From contig JAWBYA010000001.1 of assembly GCA_038867615.1 (NCBI GenBank), positions 256,001-320,000 on the forward strand: a stretch of 64,000 nt of DNA. The letters are read 5' to 3'. The position numbers and the translations under genes are program-made. Position 1 is the stretch's first letter. The number at the start of each line of letters is the position of its first letter. The notes under the pieces were generated by a model. The model had not been told where the DNA came from. It made no database searches and worked only from the letters and a program-made list of their open reading frames with translations. The DNA is from Sulfolobales archaeon (GTDB lineage Archaea; Thermoproteota; Thermoprotei_A; Sulfolobales; AG1). Positions 10,545 to 21,855 of this stretch are shown here, piece by piece.

Positions 10545-10898
10545 TGTTCCTCTGATATTGCTAGGTGTCAGGGTATATATTGTAATGCGTCATTGAGAAA
10601 GATCTTAAAAGATCTCGCAAAACGCTCCCCATTCTGAGAACAGAGCATAGCTCCCATGAGGCTAGAGTGGATCGTGAGGGAAGCTATAGGTATATGTACA
10701 AGATTCAGGTTCTAAAGTATTAATAATAAATAAAGATGAGTCTATGTGGGTCACAAGGACTATATTTCTTAGGGCACCTGCCGATAGTCTGCGACACCAT
10801 ATGTAGCTCTATGTATTTAAATTGATGTTAATGTCATCAATATTGGTACATATGTATGTATATATCTCTCCTTATTGGTACAAACGATTGGTGAAAGG

Positions 10899-12167
10899 AT
10901 GTCGAAGAAAATAATACCGATAGGAGTGCTTATAGCTATAATAGCTATAGGAGCTGTGGCGCTCTTCGTATATAAACCATGGGGAGGAGCGGGAACACAG
11001 GCTATACAACCTACTGAGACGGCAAGGACTACAATAGCAGCAACAGCTACGGCTACCGCGACTACCACGCCCTCGGGAATGGCTGTTTTGACATTCACCT
11101 ATGAAGACCTATCGGTGAAAGCAGAGATCCCCAGGAAAGAGGTTTTGATAACAGGCGGGGGTTCGTCGTTCGTGAACCCACAGATGCAGGCCTGGGCGCA
11201 GAAATTCAGGTCTGTAAGTGGGGGCTATGTTACTATTAACTATCAGAGTATTGGTAGCGGTGCTGGCGAGGCTAAATGGTTTGATAAAGCCCTAGATTTC
11301 GGCGCATCTGACGTTCCCATATCTAAGACAACATATGATAAGCTTGTCTCGCGCAAAGCCTCCTTCATCCAGATACCCTTAGTAGCTGGGGGTGTTGGGA
11401 TAATATACAATATACCTGAGTGGGATGAGAGCAAATGCGGGCCTCTGAGACTCTCTGGAGATGTTATAGCTGATATCTATCTAGGAAAGATCCTCTATTG
11501 GGATGACGATAGGATCAAGATGCAGCAGGTTGAGAGTTGCAGATCACTGTTACCCCACGAAATTATCAGGGGTATTCATAGGAGTGATGGGAGCGGTACA
11601 ACAGCTCTCTTCACACTATACCTGTCAACGGTATCAAGCGAGTGGAAGACAAAGGTAGGTTCTGGCTATACTGTAGAATGGCCGAGGGATGCGATGGGAT
11701 ATGGAGAGGGTGCTAAGGGCAATGAGGGTGTGAGTGCAAAGGTTAAGGGGACTAAATACGCAATAGGGTATGTTGAGTACTCATATGCCGTGGCTAACAA
11801 GATCTCTATGGCTGCTCTTAAGAACAAGGATGGCTTCTATGTAGTACCCTCTGCCGAGGCTGTTATGGAGGCGCTTAAGAGGGGTGCTAAAGATCTGCCA
11901 CCGCCCTCCTCTTTCTGGGGGGATGTTCCTGCTACTCTTATAAATAGGGAGGGTGAGAAGACATACCCCATAGTTGGTATGGTGTATGCGTTCATCTACA
12001 CAGATATAGTTAGCAATAAGGATCTGGCGGCGGCTATTACAGCGTTCTTCAAATGGGTATTAACAGAGGGTCAGAAGTCTGAGAACATAGTTGTGGGCTA
12101 TGTACCGCTTCCAAAGGAGCTTGCAGCTAAGGCTATTAAGTATATAGAGGATTATCTGAAATACTAG
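10899..12167 (+). CDS. pstS: Phosphate ABC transporter substrate-binding protein
   Basis: N-terminal anchor and Thr/Ala linker; YQSIGSGAG, DFGASD, RSDGSGTT, GNEGV; GGTGA RBS before ATG 10899. Confidence 0.95.
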   Translation: MSKKIIPIGVLIAIIAIGAVALFVYKPWGGAGTQAIQPTETARTTIAATATATATTTPSGMAVLTFTYEDLSVKAEIPRKEVLITGGGSSFVNPQMQAWAQKFRSVSGGYVTINYQSIGSGAGEAKWFDKALDFGASDVPISKTTYDKLVSRKASFIQIPLVAGGVGIIYNIPEWDESKCGPLRLSGDVIADIYLGKILYWDDDRIKMQQVESCRSLLPHEIIRGIHRSDGSGTTALFTLYLSTVSSEWKTKVGSGYTVEWPRDAMGYGEGAKGNEGVSAKVKGTKYAIGYVEYSYAVANKISMAALKNKDGFYVVPSAEAVMEALKRGAKDLPPPSSFWGDVPATLINREGEKTYPIVGMVYAFIYTDIVSNKDLAAAITAFFKWVLTEGQKSENIVVGYVPLPKELAAKAIKYIEDYLKY

Positions 12168-12180
12168 TTAGGAGTGGCGG

Positions 12181-13104
12181 GTGGGGGCTCTGAGGCTTTT
12201 TGAGAAGAGCCTTTTTAGGAAGAATAGAGAGTATTTTTTCCTGCTTTTAGCGTTAGCCAACATAGCTATAGTATTTATAGTTATAACGATAAATCTCGTA
12301 CTAGCCGGGCAGGGGGTTAGGATCTTCGTAAAAGAAGGGCTATCATTTATAACAACAAGTACGTGGAGTGGTGTTAAAGAGAGCTATGGTATTCTCTTCG
12401 CACTCGGCGGTACCCTGGTTACTGGCGGGATAGCGATAGCGATAGCGGCTTTACTAGCCATAGGGTCTGCTGTTACCATAATAGAGATCTTGCCAAGCTG
12501 GGCTAGGGCTTTTGCAAGCACACTAACAGATCTCTCGGCAGCCATACCGACGGTGATATACGGGTTGTGGGGGTTATTCGTATTGTCGCCTGCGATAGGT
12601 GGTCTTATCTCCACACCTCCTCTCTCGCTGCTCACACCATATCTAGGCTTTCCTGGCTCTCTTGGGACCTCTCTTCTCTCTGCATCGATACTCCTCTCTA
12701 TAATGATAGTCCCGTTCTCTACAGCTATAATAAGGGAGTCTCTAGCCAGGGTGCCTAGATATATTGATGAGGCTCTATACTCTCTCGGGCTCACGAAGTT
12801 CGAGGTTATTATGATCAAGCTTAGATATATTAGGACATCTATACTGACAGCACTAATGATCTCTTACGGTAGGGCTGTTGGTGAGACTGTTGCTGTTGCA
12901 ATGGTTGTTGGTAATGTTCTTAACCCCGATTTCTGGAGGATCTTCAGCCCTGGCTACACTATAGCGAGCCTCATAGCTGATCAGTACCAAAATGCCGAGG
13001 CGTATACATATATGGTTCCAGCCATATTTGGGATGGCATTGATCCTTTTCCTAATAGGGCTCGGGATCAATATATATGTATCTATAATCTCGAGGAGGGG
13101 TTAG
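12181..13104 (+). CDS. pstC: Phosphate ABC transporter permease
   Basis: AIPTVIYGLWG, GRAVGETVAV; operon order. Confidence 0.93.
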   Translation: MGALRLFEKSLFRKNREYFFLLLALANIAIVFIVITINLVLAGQGVRIFVKEGLSFITTSTWSGVKESYGILFALGGTLVTGGIAIAIAALLAIGSAVTIIEILPSWARAFASTLTDLSAAIPTVIYGLWGLFVLSPAIGGLISTPPLSLLTPYLGFPGSLGTSLLSASILLSIMIVPFSTAIIRESLARVPRYIDEALYSLGLTKFEVIMIKLRYIRTSILTALMISYGRAVGETVAVAMVVGNVLNPDFWRIFSPGYTIASLIADQYQNAEAYTYMVPAIFGMALILFLIGLGINIYVSIISRRG

Positions 13105-13105
13105 G

Positions 13106-13987
13106 ATGGATACCAGGAGGCTTAGATCTAGTTTAGGGTTGTTGGTCTTCGCATTACTATTCGCCATATCCATACTCCCGGTTTTTCACCTAATAGCTGT
13201 CGTGTTTATAAACGGCTCTAGCGTTATAGCAAGCAACTTCCCAGGCTTCTTCTACGAGGAGAGACCCCTCCCAGGCACGGAGGAGGTGGGTGGTGTTGGG
13301 CCATATATACTGGGTACACTGATCCTAGTATCTTTGGCAACGGTTATAGCAACCCCTATAGCGATCTTCGCAGCTATATATGCGACCCAGAGTTTGAGGA
13401 GCAAGCTAGGGTTTGCCACATCAACGCTTACAAGGGCTATGATAGAGTTCCCCACAATCATTGTCGGGCTGAGTGTATATGGATTCCTAAGGATCCTGGA
13501 TGAGGTTTTGGGCATGCTCGGTCTCCAGAACCCTATACCTAGGTTCAGCGCCCTCTCGGGGGCAATAGCCCTGGCTATAGTCATGATCCCATTTATATAC
13601 ACACAGATCGAGGATGGGCTTCGAAGCGTGCCAAACGATCTGAGGGAGGCTATTTATTCTCTGGGATCCTCTAGGATCAAGGCTTCAATAATAATGATGA
13701 GATATATCAAGGCGACAGTGATTACGGCACTCGCTATAGGGGTTGGCAAGGCTTTGGGCGAGACTGCTCCCCTCTTCTTCACAGCCTTTGGCAGCGACCT
13801 CTACCCACCGATCGATTCTGGAATGCTCTTTAGACCAATAGGATCACTTACCCTTGGTATATATAACATGGCTCTCTCAGGGTATGATAACTGGATCAGA
13901 GCCTCATGGGGTGCGGCTCTCATACTGCTCTCCATATCGATAACTCTTTTCATAGTTTCAAGGATACTCTCTCTCAGGAGGTGGTAA
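13106..13987 (+). CDS. pstA: Phosphate ABC transporter permease
   Basis: [26 protein letters not shown]. Confidence 0.93.
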   Translation: MDTRRLRSSLGLLVFALLFAISILPVFHLIAVVFINGSSVIASNFPGFFYEERPLPGTEEVGGVGPYILGTLILVSLATVIATPIAIFAAIYATQSLRSKLGFATSTLTRAMIEFPTIIVGLSVYGFLRILDEVLGMLGLQNPIPRFSALSGAIALAIVMIPFIYTQIEDGLRSVPNDLREAIYSLGSSRIKASIIMMRYIKATVITALAIGVGKALGETAPLFFTAFGSDLYPPIDSGMLFRPIGSLTLGIYNMALSGYDNWIRASWGAALILLSISITLFIVSRILSLRRW

Positions 13988-13991
13988 GGCG

Positions 13992-14765
13992 TTGGGGACA
14001 TCTGGAGCCTCTATAGAGATCAAAGACCTCAGGGTCTGGTTTGGGGCTAGAGAGGTTATTAAGGGAGTAAGCCTTTCGATCCCGCGTAATGTTGTCTTCA
14101 CCATAATGGGTCCCTCGGGTAGCGGTAAGTCTACCATTCTTAGGGCTATTAACAGACTGCTAGACCTATACCCTGAGGCGAGGGTTGAGGGTAGAGTTAT
14201 CATAGATGGTGTCGATGTATATGGAGATACCGCTAATCCGATGGCTATTAGGAGGATGGTGGGTATGGTGTTCCAGATCCCTAACCCCATACCAAGTATG
14301 TCTATCTATGACAACGTAGCCCTGGGTCCGAGGCTCAATAGGCTTGTTAGGAGCAAGAATGAGCTTGATGAGCTTGTTAGATGGGCTCTTGAGAAGGCCT
14401 ATCTATGGGATGAGGTTAAGGATAGGCTTGGAGCACCTGCTGGTAAGCTCTCTGGGGGTCAGCAGCAGAGGCTATGTATAGCTAGGGCTCTGGCTATGAG
14501 GCCTAAGGCTATCCTGATGGATGAGCCTACCTCGAACCTAGATCCCGTGGGTACCGCTAGGATTGAAAGCCTTATAACCGAGCTTAAAGAAATCCTGACG
14601 GTGGTCTTGGTAACCCATAATACTTTCCAAGCCTCCAGGGTTTCTGACTATGTTGCCTTCATATATGATGGTAGGCTTATCGAGGTCGGCCCGGCATCAA
14701 AGATCTTTACAAGACCTGAGAACGAGCTTACAGAGAAATACATAACGGGGAGGATGGCGGCTTGA
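13992..14765 (+). CDS. pstB: Phosphate ABC transporter ATPase
   Basis: [40 protein letters not shown]. Confidence 0.96.
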   Translation: MGTSGASIEIKDLRVWFGAREVIKGVSLSIPRNVVFTIMGPSGSGKSTILRAINRLLDLYPEARVEGRVIIDGVDVYGDTANPMAIRRMVGMVFQIPNPIPSMSIYDNVALGPRLNRLVRSKNELDELVRWALEKAYLWDEVKDRLGAPAGKLSGGQQQRLCIARALAMRPKAILMDEPTSNLDPVGTARIESLITELKEILTVVLVTHNTFQASRVSDYVAFIYDGRLIEVGPASKIFTRPENELTEKYITGRMAA

Positions 14766-15355
14766 GGCCCATAGATTATCGTGTAAAGGGTTTGGAGAAC
14801 ATGCTTAAAGAGATCTCGAGGATCTCTGAGGAGATCGTTGAGAACGTTGTAAGCTTAAAAGCAACCCCCGATTCTATTAGGAAACATATTGACGATGTTA
14901 GGGAGATGAGGCTTGAGATACATAGAAATATAGTTGAGATCATGGCTAGGTACCAGCCCACAGCATCAGATCTCAGGGGGCTTATAGCAGCTTTGGAGAT
15001 ATCCTACGGACTCTATAGGTTCTCTAGATACGCCCTCGACATATCGACGGTGCTCGATAGGGTTACCAGGATAAGTGGTGCTAGCTGTGATCTGAGATAC
15101 TCTAGTGTTATCTCTAAACGGGTTGTCGAGATGGTTAGGGGGAGTATAGAGGCTTTCCTTAACAGGGATAAGGGTAGGGCTAGGGCTATTATCGAGATGG
15201 ATAGAGAGGTTGACCAGACCCTCTTCACGGCTCTTGACGAGGCTTCTAGATCGGCTAATATTTGCTCAACCCTAGACCTCCTCATACTAATGTATCTAGA
15301 GAGGATAGCGGATCACTCGGTATACATAGCCAATGAGATAATAGAGATGCTGTAG
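14762..15355 (+). CDS. phoU: Phosphate uptake regulator PhoU
   Basis: [18 protein letters not shown]; ends the pst operon. Confidence 0.9.
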   Translation: MRPIDYRVKGLENMLKEISRISEEIVENVVSLKATPDSIRKHIDDVREMRLEIHRNIVEIMARYQPTASDLRGLIAALEISYGLYRFSRYALDISTVLDRVTRISGASCDLRYSSVISKRVVEMVRGSIEAFLNRDKGRARAIIEMDREVDQTLFTALDEASRSANICSTLDLLILMYLERIADHSVYIANEIIEML

Positions 15356-15381
15356 AGGTATATACCCCTCATGCAATATCT

Positions 15382-16293
15382 ATGATGATCCCGATGCCAG
15401 GTCTAGCCGAGCAGGAGTTCGAGAAATACAGAGAGGCGGGGAGGATAGCGAAGAGTGTTAAGGAGGAGGCTCAGAAGCTTGTCTCCAGCGGGAGATCTGT
15501 TCTTGAGACCGCGGTCAAGATCGAGGAGATCATAAGATCCCTGGGAGGAGAGCCAGCATTCCCAGTCAACATATCAATAGGCTCTGTCGCAGCCCACTAC
15601 ACGCCAACATATAGCGATAAGAGCCTATTCCCTGAGAAGGGGCTTGTAAAGATAGATTTTGGTGTTCATGTCGATGGCTATATCGTTGACACAGCATTCA
15701 CAATAGATCTTGGCGGTGATTATAGAGTTATAATGGATGCCGCGAAGGAGGCCCTCGAAAAAGCCCTATCTAGGGTTTCGCCAGGTGTTTCTTTTAGAGA
15801 TGTGGGGAGGATTGTTGAAGAGACTGCTAAGAGATATTCCCTGAAACCTGTGAGGAACCTGAGTGGGCATAGAATAGATAGGTATAAGATCCATGCTGGC
15901 GAGTCTATACCAAACTACCAAGAAGCACTGATACCGTGGAGATTCAGAGAAGGAGGGGTATATGCTATAGAGCCTTTCATAACAAGCGGTGCCGGCTTGG
16001 TATCAGAAGGTAGGCTTATAACCATATATTCTGTTAAGAAAACAAAGGTTAAATCCTCGGAGGAGGAGGCACGGGTTCTGAGAGAGGCTATAGCTAGGTT
16101 CAAAGGGCTTCCTTTTTGCAGCAGGTGGTTGGCAGACCTGGGTGGCGATATCGATGCAGTGCTCGAGAGCCTAAGATCTAAGGGTGCTCTCCACCCATAC
16201 CCAGTCCTAGTAGAGGTTTCCGGAGCTCAGGTGGCCCAGTTTGAGGAAACAATAGCTATATATGAGGGGTCTGTATATATATTGACGCGCTAG
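15382..16293 (+). CDS. map: Methionine aminopeptidase type II
   Basis: PAFPVN, AAHYTP, KIDFGVHVDGYIVDTA, NLSGH, AIEPF, AQFEET. Confidence 0.96.
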   Translation: MMIPMPGLAEQEFEKYREAGRIAKSVKEEAQKLVSSGRSVLETAVKIEEIIRSLGGEPAFPVNISIGSVAAHYTPTYSDKSLFPEKGLVKIDFGVHVDGYIVDTAFTIDLGGDYRVIMDAAKEALEKALSRVSPGVSFRDVGRIVEETAKRYSLKPVRNLSGHRIDRYKIHAGESIPNYQEALIPWRFREGGVYAIEPFITSGAGLVSEGRLITIYSVKKTKVKSSEEEARVLREAIARFKGLPFCSRWLADLGGDIDAVLESLRSKGALHPYPVLVEVSGAQVAQFEETIAIYEGSVYILTR

Positions 16294-16379
16294 TTGTTCC
16301 CGAAAACAGCGATCCCACAGATCCACAGGCTAAGCTAACTCTGTAACGATGATTTAAGTATCTCCTTGCGTTCTCATAT

Positions 16380-17510
16380 ATGGTGCGTATAGTGTATAAT
16401 ATGCAGGTCTCGAACCCCTCTGGTGTTGATAGTACGGTGCTTCTATTCTGGATCATAATAAATATTCTCTGGTTTCTATTGCTGTTCACAGATCTCCCCG
16501 ATAAGATCAGGATCTATAGGTGGGATAGAGTCATAAGGTTCAGGCTATCCCAGATAGAGGGGCTAGCCCTAGAGACTAGGAAGGCCTCTGAGGATCATCT
16601 AAAAGAGCTCGGGATCAAGGAGCCGGGATCGGTAATAGATGGTTTTGTAAACAACAATTTCTTGATAGAGCCTGTCTCTATAGAGCCCATCGATATTGTG
16701 AAGAGGCTGGGTCATCTTATAAGGGTGAGGGATGATAAGATAAAGAGCTACGCATCATCAATACTGCCCAATGCTGATCAGGCTAAAAGGGAGAACTTAG
16801 AGGTTATCCTAGAGATAAACTGGGTCCTCAGCTATGTTCACAGAGTTGTGAGGCACTTCTATCTATTGGGTAAGAAGACCCAGAACTGGATGCTCCTCTA
16901 CCAGCTAGTCCTGATCCTCCCAGCCCTTATCAAAGAGCTCGAGGCCTATAAAAAAGCAGTCGAGCCCTTTAGGCTGGGGATACCTATAGGGGATTCCGCC
17001 GGGCCTCTCGTGGTCTCGATGATGGCCCCCAATGCTGAGAGGATCAAGATTACGGATGAGACTGTATATAGTACCGTTGATCTTGAGGGGAGAAAGGTAT
17101 ATCTCATCAAGGCAGAAGGTCCCGGGGGGACTGTTGGGAGACCTGGCGAGGCTGTTGCTAAGCTTGCTGAGCAGCTCGAGTGCAGGATCTCGAGGATCAT
17201 AACAGTCGATGCCGCTCTAAAGCTGGAGGGGGAGAAGAGTGGCGAGGTTGCTGAGGGTACCGGGGCTGCTATAGGGGATCCAGGGCCTGAGAAGATATCT
17301 ATTGAGAGAACTGCTATCAAATGCGGCGCTCCCCTAGACGCTGTGATTATCAAGATGAGTTCTGAGGAGGCTATAACCCACATGACCAAGGAGATCTATG
17401 AGGGTGTTTCTAAAGCTGTCGAGGTTGTGAAGAGAATTATTAGGGAGAGGACTAAGGAAGGGGATCAGGTTATAGTTGCGGGTATTGGGAATACTCTGGG
17501 TGTTCTTTGA
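16380..17510 (+). CDS. DUF1512 family protein
   Basis: PIGDSAGPLV, KAEGPGGTVG, VDAALKLEGE, GIGNTLG; usual neighbour of map in archaea. Confidence 0.85.
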   Translation: MVRIVYNMQVSNPSGVDSTVLLFWIIINILWFLLLFTDLPDKIRIYRWDRVIRFRLSQIEGLALETRKASEDHLKELGIKEPGSVIDGFVNNNFLIEPVSIEPIDIVKRLGHLIRVRDDKIKSYASSILPNADQAKRENLEVILEINWVLSYVHRVVRHFYLLGKKTQNWMLLYQLVLILPALIKELEAYKKAVEPFRLGIPIGDSAGPLVVSMMAPNAERIKITDETVYSTVDLEGRKVYLIKAEGPGGTVGRPGEAVAKLAEQLECRISRIITVDAALKLEGEKSGEVAEGTGAAIGDPGPEKISIERTAIKCGAPLDAVIIKMSSEEAITHMTKEIYEGVSKAVEVVKRIIRERTKEGDQVIVAGIGNTLGVL

Positions 17511-17521
17511 TTAAAAAACAG

Positions 17522-17812
17522 TTATCTCTTTATCTTTACAACTATCTCTATAGTTGATACTCTGGATCTCCTTCCCTCTTTGCTTTGAACTTCCTCGCTA
17601 CCGATGTTTATCCTCTCGACAACTATGCCGTTCTTGAGAAATCTATTCCTAACGATCTCTACTGCATCTACAGCCCTGCTAATCGATCTACCCCTAGCTT
17701 TGACAACGATCTCATCTACACCCTGGCTGGCTAGCTGTAGTATTGCTAGCACATAGCTCATCACTGGTTTTTTACCTACTAGCACGGTGTTTATTGGTTG
17801 TGGCTGGACCAT
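17522..17812 (-). CDS. albA: DNA/RNA-binding protein Alba
   Basis: [34 protein letters not shown]. Confidence 0.97.
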   Translation of the reverse strand: MVQPQPINTVLVGKKPVMSYVLAILQLASQGVDEIVVKARGRSISRAVDAVEIVRNRFLKNGIVVERINIGSEEVQSKEGRRSRVSTIEIVVKIKR

Positions 17813-17881
17813 CTGTATCACCCAGGATCCTGTCATATGAAGATAAGCTATTAGGTTTTATAAGCTTTCCGTAGATCCCTA

Positions 17882-18070
17882 CTATTTCTTAATAAACTCT
17901 GTATAGTGGCATTTACCGCAGTACCACCTAGCCCCGCCTGGTTCGTAATAACCCATAGTCGAGCCGCATCTCGGGCACTGTTTGTTCTTGAGCTTTATGC
18001 TCCTAGTCTTGGTGTCTATTATATATAGCGATGATCTGAATCTCTTTTCACCGCCTTTCTCCTTGCTCAC
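17882..18070 (-). CDS. rps27ae: 30S ribosomal protein S27ae
   Basis: CPRCGS..RWYCGKCHYTEF zinc ribbon. Confidence 0.95.
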   Translation of the reverse strand: MSKEKGGEKRFRSSLYIIDTKTRSIKLKNKQCPRCGSTMGYYEPGGARWYCGKCHYTEFIKK

Positions 18071-18414
18071 TGCCCACCACCCTCCTTCTTAGAGGATCTC
18101 TCTATGAGGTGTTTAGGCTCGAATTTCTCGAGAACGGCTCTATCGTTATATATATGGACCCATGCTTTGGAGGAGTCCCTACCATACTCGGTCTCTATCC
18201 TTCTAACAACCACAAGATCTGGGCTGACTCCCAGGAGCTTTGAGACGGCATCGATGACCTCAAGCCTTGATGGTGTTCCTTTACCTCTATGCTCGATCCT
18301 TATAACAGCCTCTCTCCTCTGGATCACTTTATTCTCCTTCTGGGAAACAACTAGAAAGATCACACCGCTATCCAGCTTAAGAACAGGACCCTGGGCAGAG
18401 CCTCCACCCGCCAT
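18067..18414 (-). CDS. rps24e: 30S ribosomal protein S24e
   Basis: ENKVIQRRE, HRGKGTPSR, TEYG, FEPKHLIER. Confidence 0.95.
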   Translation of the reverse strand: MAGGGSAQGPVLKLDSGVIFLVVSQKENKVIQRREAVIRIEHRGKGTPSRLEVIDAVSKLLGVSPDLVVVRRIETEYGRDSSKAWVHIYNDRAVLEKFEPKHLIERSSKKEGGGQ

Positions 18415-18564
18415 TGATTCCGCCTCTTAGATAGTATGATTGAGAGCTTATTAGCAGGTGTTCGAGCTTTCATCGATTAATAAATACCAAAACCTTTCCC
18501 CTCAGCTTTCTCGATCCAGAGCTCTCCCACAGAATCCTTACCATTAGCCTTAACCTATTCAGCC

Positions 18565-18801
18565 GTTTGTCCCTGGATGTTCATTCCACTCATTTTATTC
18601 ATGGTCTTATCCAGGGGTTTTCGTCTCAACCCTCAGGATCTCGGATCTCTAATCCTGCTGGGTCATGGGTGGCTGTCGAGCCAAAGGGCATGTGGATCCC
18701 ATCTAGGATAAGCTCCGGATGGATTGGAGCGCTGCTCCCGTCTAGGGCTTGTGGGGAAAGATCCACACTGGGGGCAATACATTTCAATGATTATAAATAC
18801 C
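18565..18801 (+). repeat. 237-bp non-coding repeat, copy 1 (CRISPR-leader-like or structured RNA)
   Basis: Ungapped match to the reverse complement of 26925-27161 (13 mismatches counted); ends in TATA-like TTATAAATA. Confidence 0.9.
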
Positions 18802-18961
18802 TCCTACGAATACCAAAAGGAAAAGCCCAGCTGTAGAATATTTTGAACAAAGCCATGTAATCTAATATTGGTTCTAGTTATCCTATTGGCGGCTCAACCA
18901 CCTTATTATAGAATCTTTATAAATGTGGAATGCGTATAGAATTATATGTAGATGATCGGCA

Positions 18962-20005
18962 TTGAGCACCGATAGTCCCTATGTGTTTGTGGTTGAGAGA
19001 AGCGCGGCCAGATTCTTTTTAAAAGGGTTTATGCTCCTCTTTTTCATCACAGTCTCTACCCTCCTTATAGTTACATCTATAATCATAGCCATAGACCCCA
19101 CGGTGACATCGATCCTTGTACTTATACTTGCACCTATGCTTGCACCTATTATTGTGTTCCTGCTACTGATTAGAAGGATGATGATCATAGTGAGGAGAAA
19201 CCGTGTTTTAAGAGAGCTCTCGGAGAAGCTGCAGAGCCACGGGCCAAACGCGCTCCTAGGAGAGCGGGTAGAGCTCTTCAAAGCCACCTTTGAGGGGGTG
19301 GTTGAGACATTCATGGGAGGCGTAGACAGCGGGCTTAGAAGGAGTAGGCATATTCGTACCAGAGGGATGTATATGACTACAAAGAGGCTCGAGAAGATTG
19401 GTGATGTATATTCTGGACAGGATCTGGCCGAGCTAGGCTCGGGAAACATCATGGCCTTCATTCCATCTAACGAGGGGTTCTTCGACGGAAAGATCCTGAA
19501 GATCGTTGGAGGTAATTATGACAACATAGCAATCATACCAATAACACCCAAAATTACTACTAAGGTTATTGAAGAGAGCGTCGTAGGAGATGACGATGCA
19601 TGCAACTACGGGCTAGAGCTCAAGGGATGCAGGATCAGAGGTAACATAGCACCTCTTATGTCGAAACGAGCCAGATCATATAGGGTTGAGATAGGTATAG
19701 GAGGGGATCTTCATGCAAGGGGGTTTAAACTTCCACTCAGGCTTTTCTCAAAAAGGATCTATTCGGGAGAGCCGGGAACCTTTGAGGCTGAAGCTATTAT
19801 CTGTAAACCAATGATCCTTTTGATTGATATAGACACAATAAATATGGAGGACATAGCTAGAAAGATGAAGAAGTTCCTCGGAATCAGGGATTTCTTCGGA
19901 CAGGGCGAGGCGACCTTTATAGGTTATAGAGAAAACGTGTATGTTCTAAAACTGGTTATAGACAGGCCCTTAGCGAAGGATCTTGTAAAAGAGATCCCGA
20001 TCTAG
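18962..20005 (+). CDS. Hypothetical membrane protein (two N-terminal TM helices)
   Basis: Hydrophobic residues about 17-70, then a soluble beta-rich domain ending LKLVIDRPLAKD. Confidence 0.8.
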   Translation: MSTDSPYVFVVERSAARFFLKGFMLLFFITVSTLLIVTSIIIAIDPTVTSILVLILAPMLAPIIVFLLLIRRMMIIVRRNRVLRELSEKLQSHGPNALLGERVELFKATFEGVVETFMGGVDSGLRRSRHIRTRGMYMTTKRLEKIGDVYSGQDLAELGSGNIMAFIPSNEGFFDGKILKIVGGNYDNIAIIPITPKITTKVIEESVVGDDDACNYGLELKGCRIRGNIAPLMSKRARSYRVEIGIGGDLHARGFKLPLRLFSKRIYSGEPGTFEAEAIICKPMILLIDIDTINMEDIARKMKKFLGIRDFFGQGEATFIGYRENVYVLKLVIDRPLAKDLVKEIPI

Positions 20006-20129
20006 CCTTGCTCCATGTTAAAACGATCCCACAGAACATGTCTGTAAATATATACTTAAGTTACAGAGGGTGCTGAGCAGAGGTGCTATAGATGCGTGTT
20101 ACTCGTTTTCCTGCTATTTTATAGGAAGG

Positions 20130-20921
20130 CTATGTTGCCATAGTAGATCCGCTACTCATTAGTGTGAGAGATATCTCCTCAAGCCTCCTCTTTATATGTA
20201 GCAGAGCCTCGCCCAGTATCTTGTTATTATCATAGCCATTCAATATCTCCTCAAGCTCTTCCCTAGATCTGTTCTTCAGGATCTTTATCTCTTCCACAAG
20301 AAGCGGGACAGTCCTGACAACGTTATCCACTATCGTTATATCTGCAGCCCTTGCTGTCCTTGATAACGGATTGAGGTCTATCGCTATAACCTTCTTACCC
20401 ATCCTCTTCAGAGCCTCTGTCCTATCGCCATCCTCTAGAGCTACTAGCACCACATCTGCAACTAGGATCCCCTCCCTGCTAACAAGCCTCCTCTCACTGC
20501 TAAGCCCTGGTACTCCTTCGACAACATCATCAACACCGAGAACCCTTGGCGCCCCCAACCCTATTAGCTTCCTCGCTATCCTCTCAGCCCGCTCGCGTGT
20601 CCTGTAGAATAGGTTCACCTCGAGCGGTGCTCCCAGCTCTCTTGACAGTCTAATAAGATCCTCAGGGACGAGGGCCGCTGTATTGCCATTAACACTTATA
20701 ACGGGCCTCCTTGCTAGTAGGAGGAGGGCTGCTGAGGCTTTTATAGCCTTTCTAGCAGGCTCTATTGTTTTCTCACCTATCAGGTAGTCGAAGCACTCAC
20801 CCCTCCCATGGGCTATCAGACCCTGTGGTACAACTATCCCCTCTCTGAAACCCTCGACAAGCCTCTCCCTGATTAGTAGAGACTCTCTCCTAGGATGATC
20901 CGGAGGTATCCATGTCTCCAA
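20130..20921 (-). CDS. Phosphopantothenate synthetase (4-phosphopantoate--beta-alanine ligase)
   Basis: [53 protein letters not shown]; likely TTG start at 20921. Confidence 0.95.
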   Translation of the reverse strand: METWIPPDHPRRESLLIRERLVEGFREGIVVPQGLIAHGRGECFDYLIGEKTIEPARKAIKASAALLLLARRPVISVNGNTAALVPEDLIRLSRELGAPLEVNLFYRTRERAERIARKLIGLGAPRVLGVDDVVEGVPGLSSERRLVSREGILVADVVLVALEDGDRTEALKRMGKKVIAIDLNPLSRTARAADITIVDNVVRTVPLLVEEIKILKNRSREELEEILNGYDNNKILGEALLHIKRRLEEISLTLMSSGSTMAT

Positions 20922-21849
20922 CTGCCTCGAACCCCTTAACAGCCGGTTTATATATGCCAAGAACCTTTTTAACAAGGCTCCCTATAGATCTGGGGATCTC
21001 AAGCTCAGCACCCTTTCTATGGGCTATCACTAGGAGGGATTTCTTAGCATAGTATCCCAGCACCTCCCCCCTCCTCACAAGAGGATCAAGGGATCTATCT
21101 ATAGCATTGCCAAAATCCCCTGAGAGGAAACCTACTCTTCTAGAGAAACCGTTAGAGATCTCTAGAAACATCTCTAAACCAGGATCCTTCTGAAACTCTC
21201 TATAAGCCTCCATACCAGCACTAGCTATCCTATCCCACATGGTGCTAAGCATATCTGGGGTAGTGATCCTTCTCTCTATAGATGCTATTGTGAAGAACAC
21301 CCTATCAAGCTCAGGATCCCTTATAGCTATAGCCTCACCATAGCCCGGCGCTCCCGGCTTTAGCCTCATCACAAGCCCACCACCAGTAACCATGGCTATC
21401 ACATCCCCCAACCCTGTTAGTGAGAGAACCTCAGCCTTGTGGGCAAGCCTGGACGCTTCTAAAAGGTTCTCCTTAACAGAGCAGGATCCAAGCCTATTCT
21501 TTATCGCTTCGCAGGATAGTGCAAGGGCTATGAAGGCGCTAACAGCTCCCCCCATCCCAAGAGGTATAGATGACCTCACCTCAATACCGTTTCCAAGCAT
21601 GGCTTCCTCCTCAATGATCCTTGCAGGCTTGATCTCGACACAGCCACCATCAACCATAACCCTACAGTCTATCTTTAACCCTCTGCCATAGATGCCCGGC
21701 TCAACCAAAACCCCAGCGCCGAGGGAGCCTGTTGTGAGCGGATCACCGCTCCTAACAGGAACCCAGAACCCTGTTATATGGTGCGGGGACCTGTATATCG
21801 TGTTAGAGACCCTAGAGTAATAACCAACTCGGGGAAAAAGGTTTTCCAC
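20890..21849 (-). CDS. Pantoate kinase (GHMP family)
   Basis: [32 protein letters not shown]; adjacent to PPS. Confidence 0.92.
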   Translation of the reverse strand: MENLFPRVGYYSRVSNTIYRSPHHITGFWVPVRSGDPLTTGSLGAGVLVEPGIYGRGLKIDCRVMVDGGCVEIKPARIIEEEAMLGNGIEVRSSIPLGMGGAVSAFIALALSCEAIKNRLGSCSVKENLLEASRLAHKAEVLSLTGLGDVIAMVTGGGLVMRLKPGAPGYGEAIAIRDPELDRVFFTIASIERRITTPDMLSTMWDRIASAGMEAYREFQKDPGLEMFLEISNGFSRRVGFLSGDFGNAIDRSLDPLVRRGEVLGYYAKKSLLVIAHRKGAELEIPRSIGSLVKKVLGIYKPAVKGFEAVGDMDTSGSS

Positions 21850-21855
21850 GGATCA

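Noticed and set aside
18567-18836. 89-aa ORF and its 101-aa twin at 26854-27159 as a protein family
   Set aside because: Similarity simply follows the DNA repeat, many differences are non-synonymous, the C-termini diverge and a TATA box lies inside; a non-coding element is more likely.
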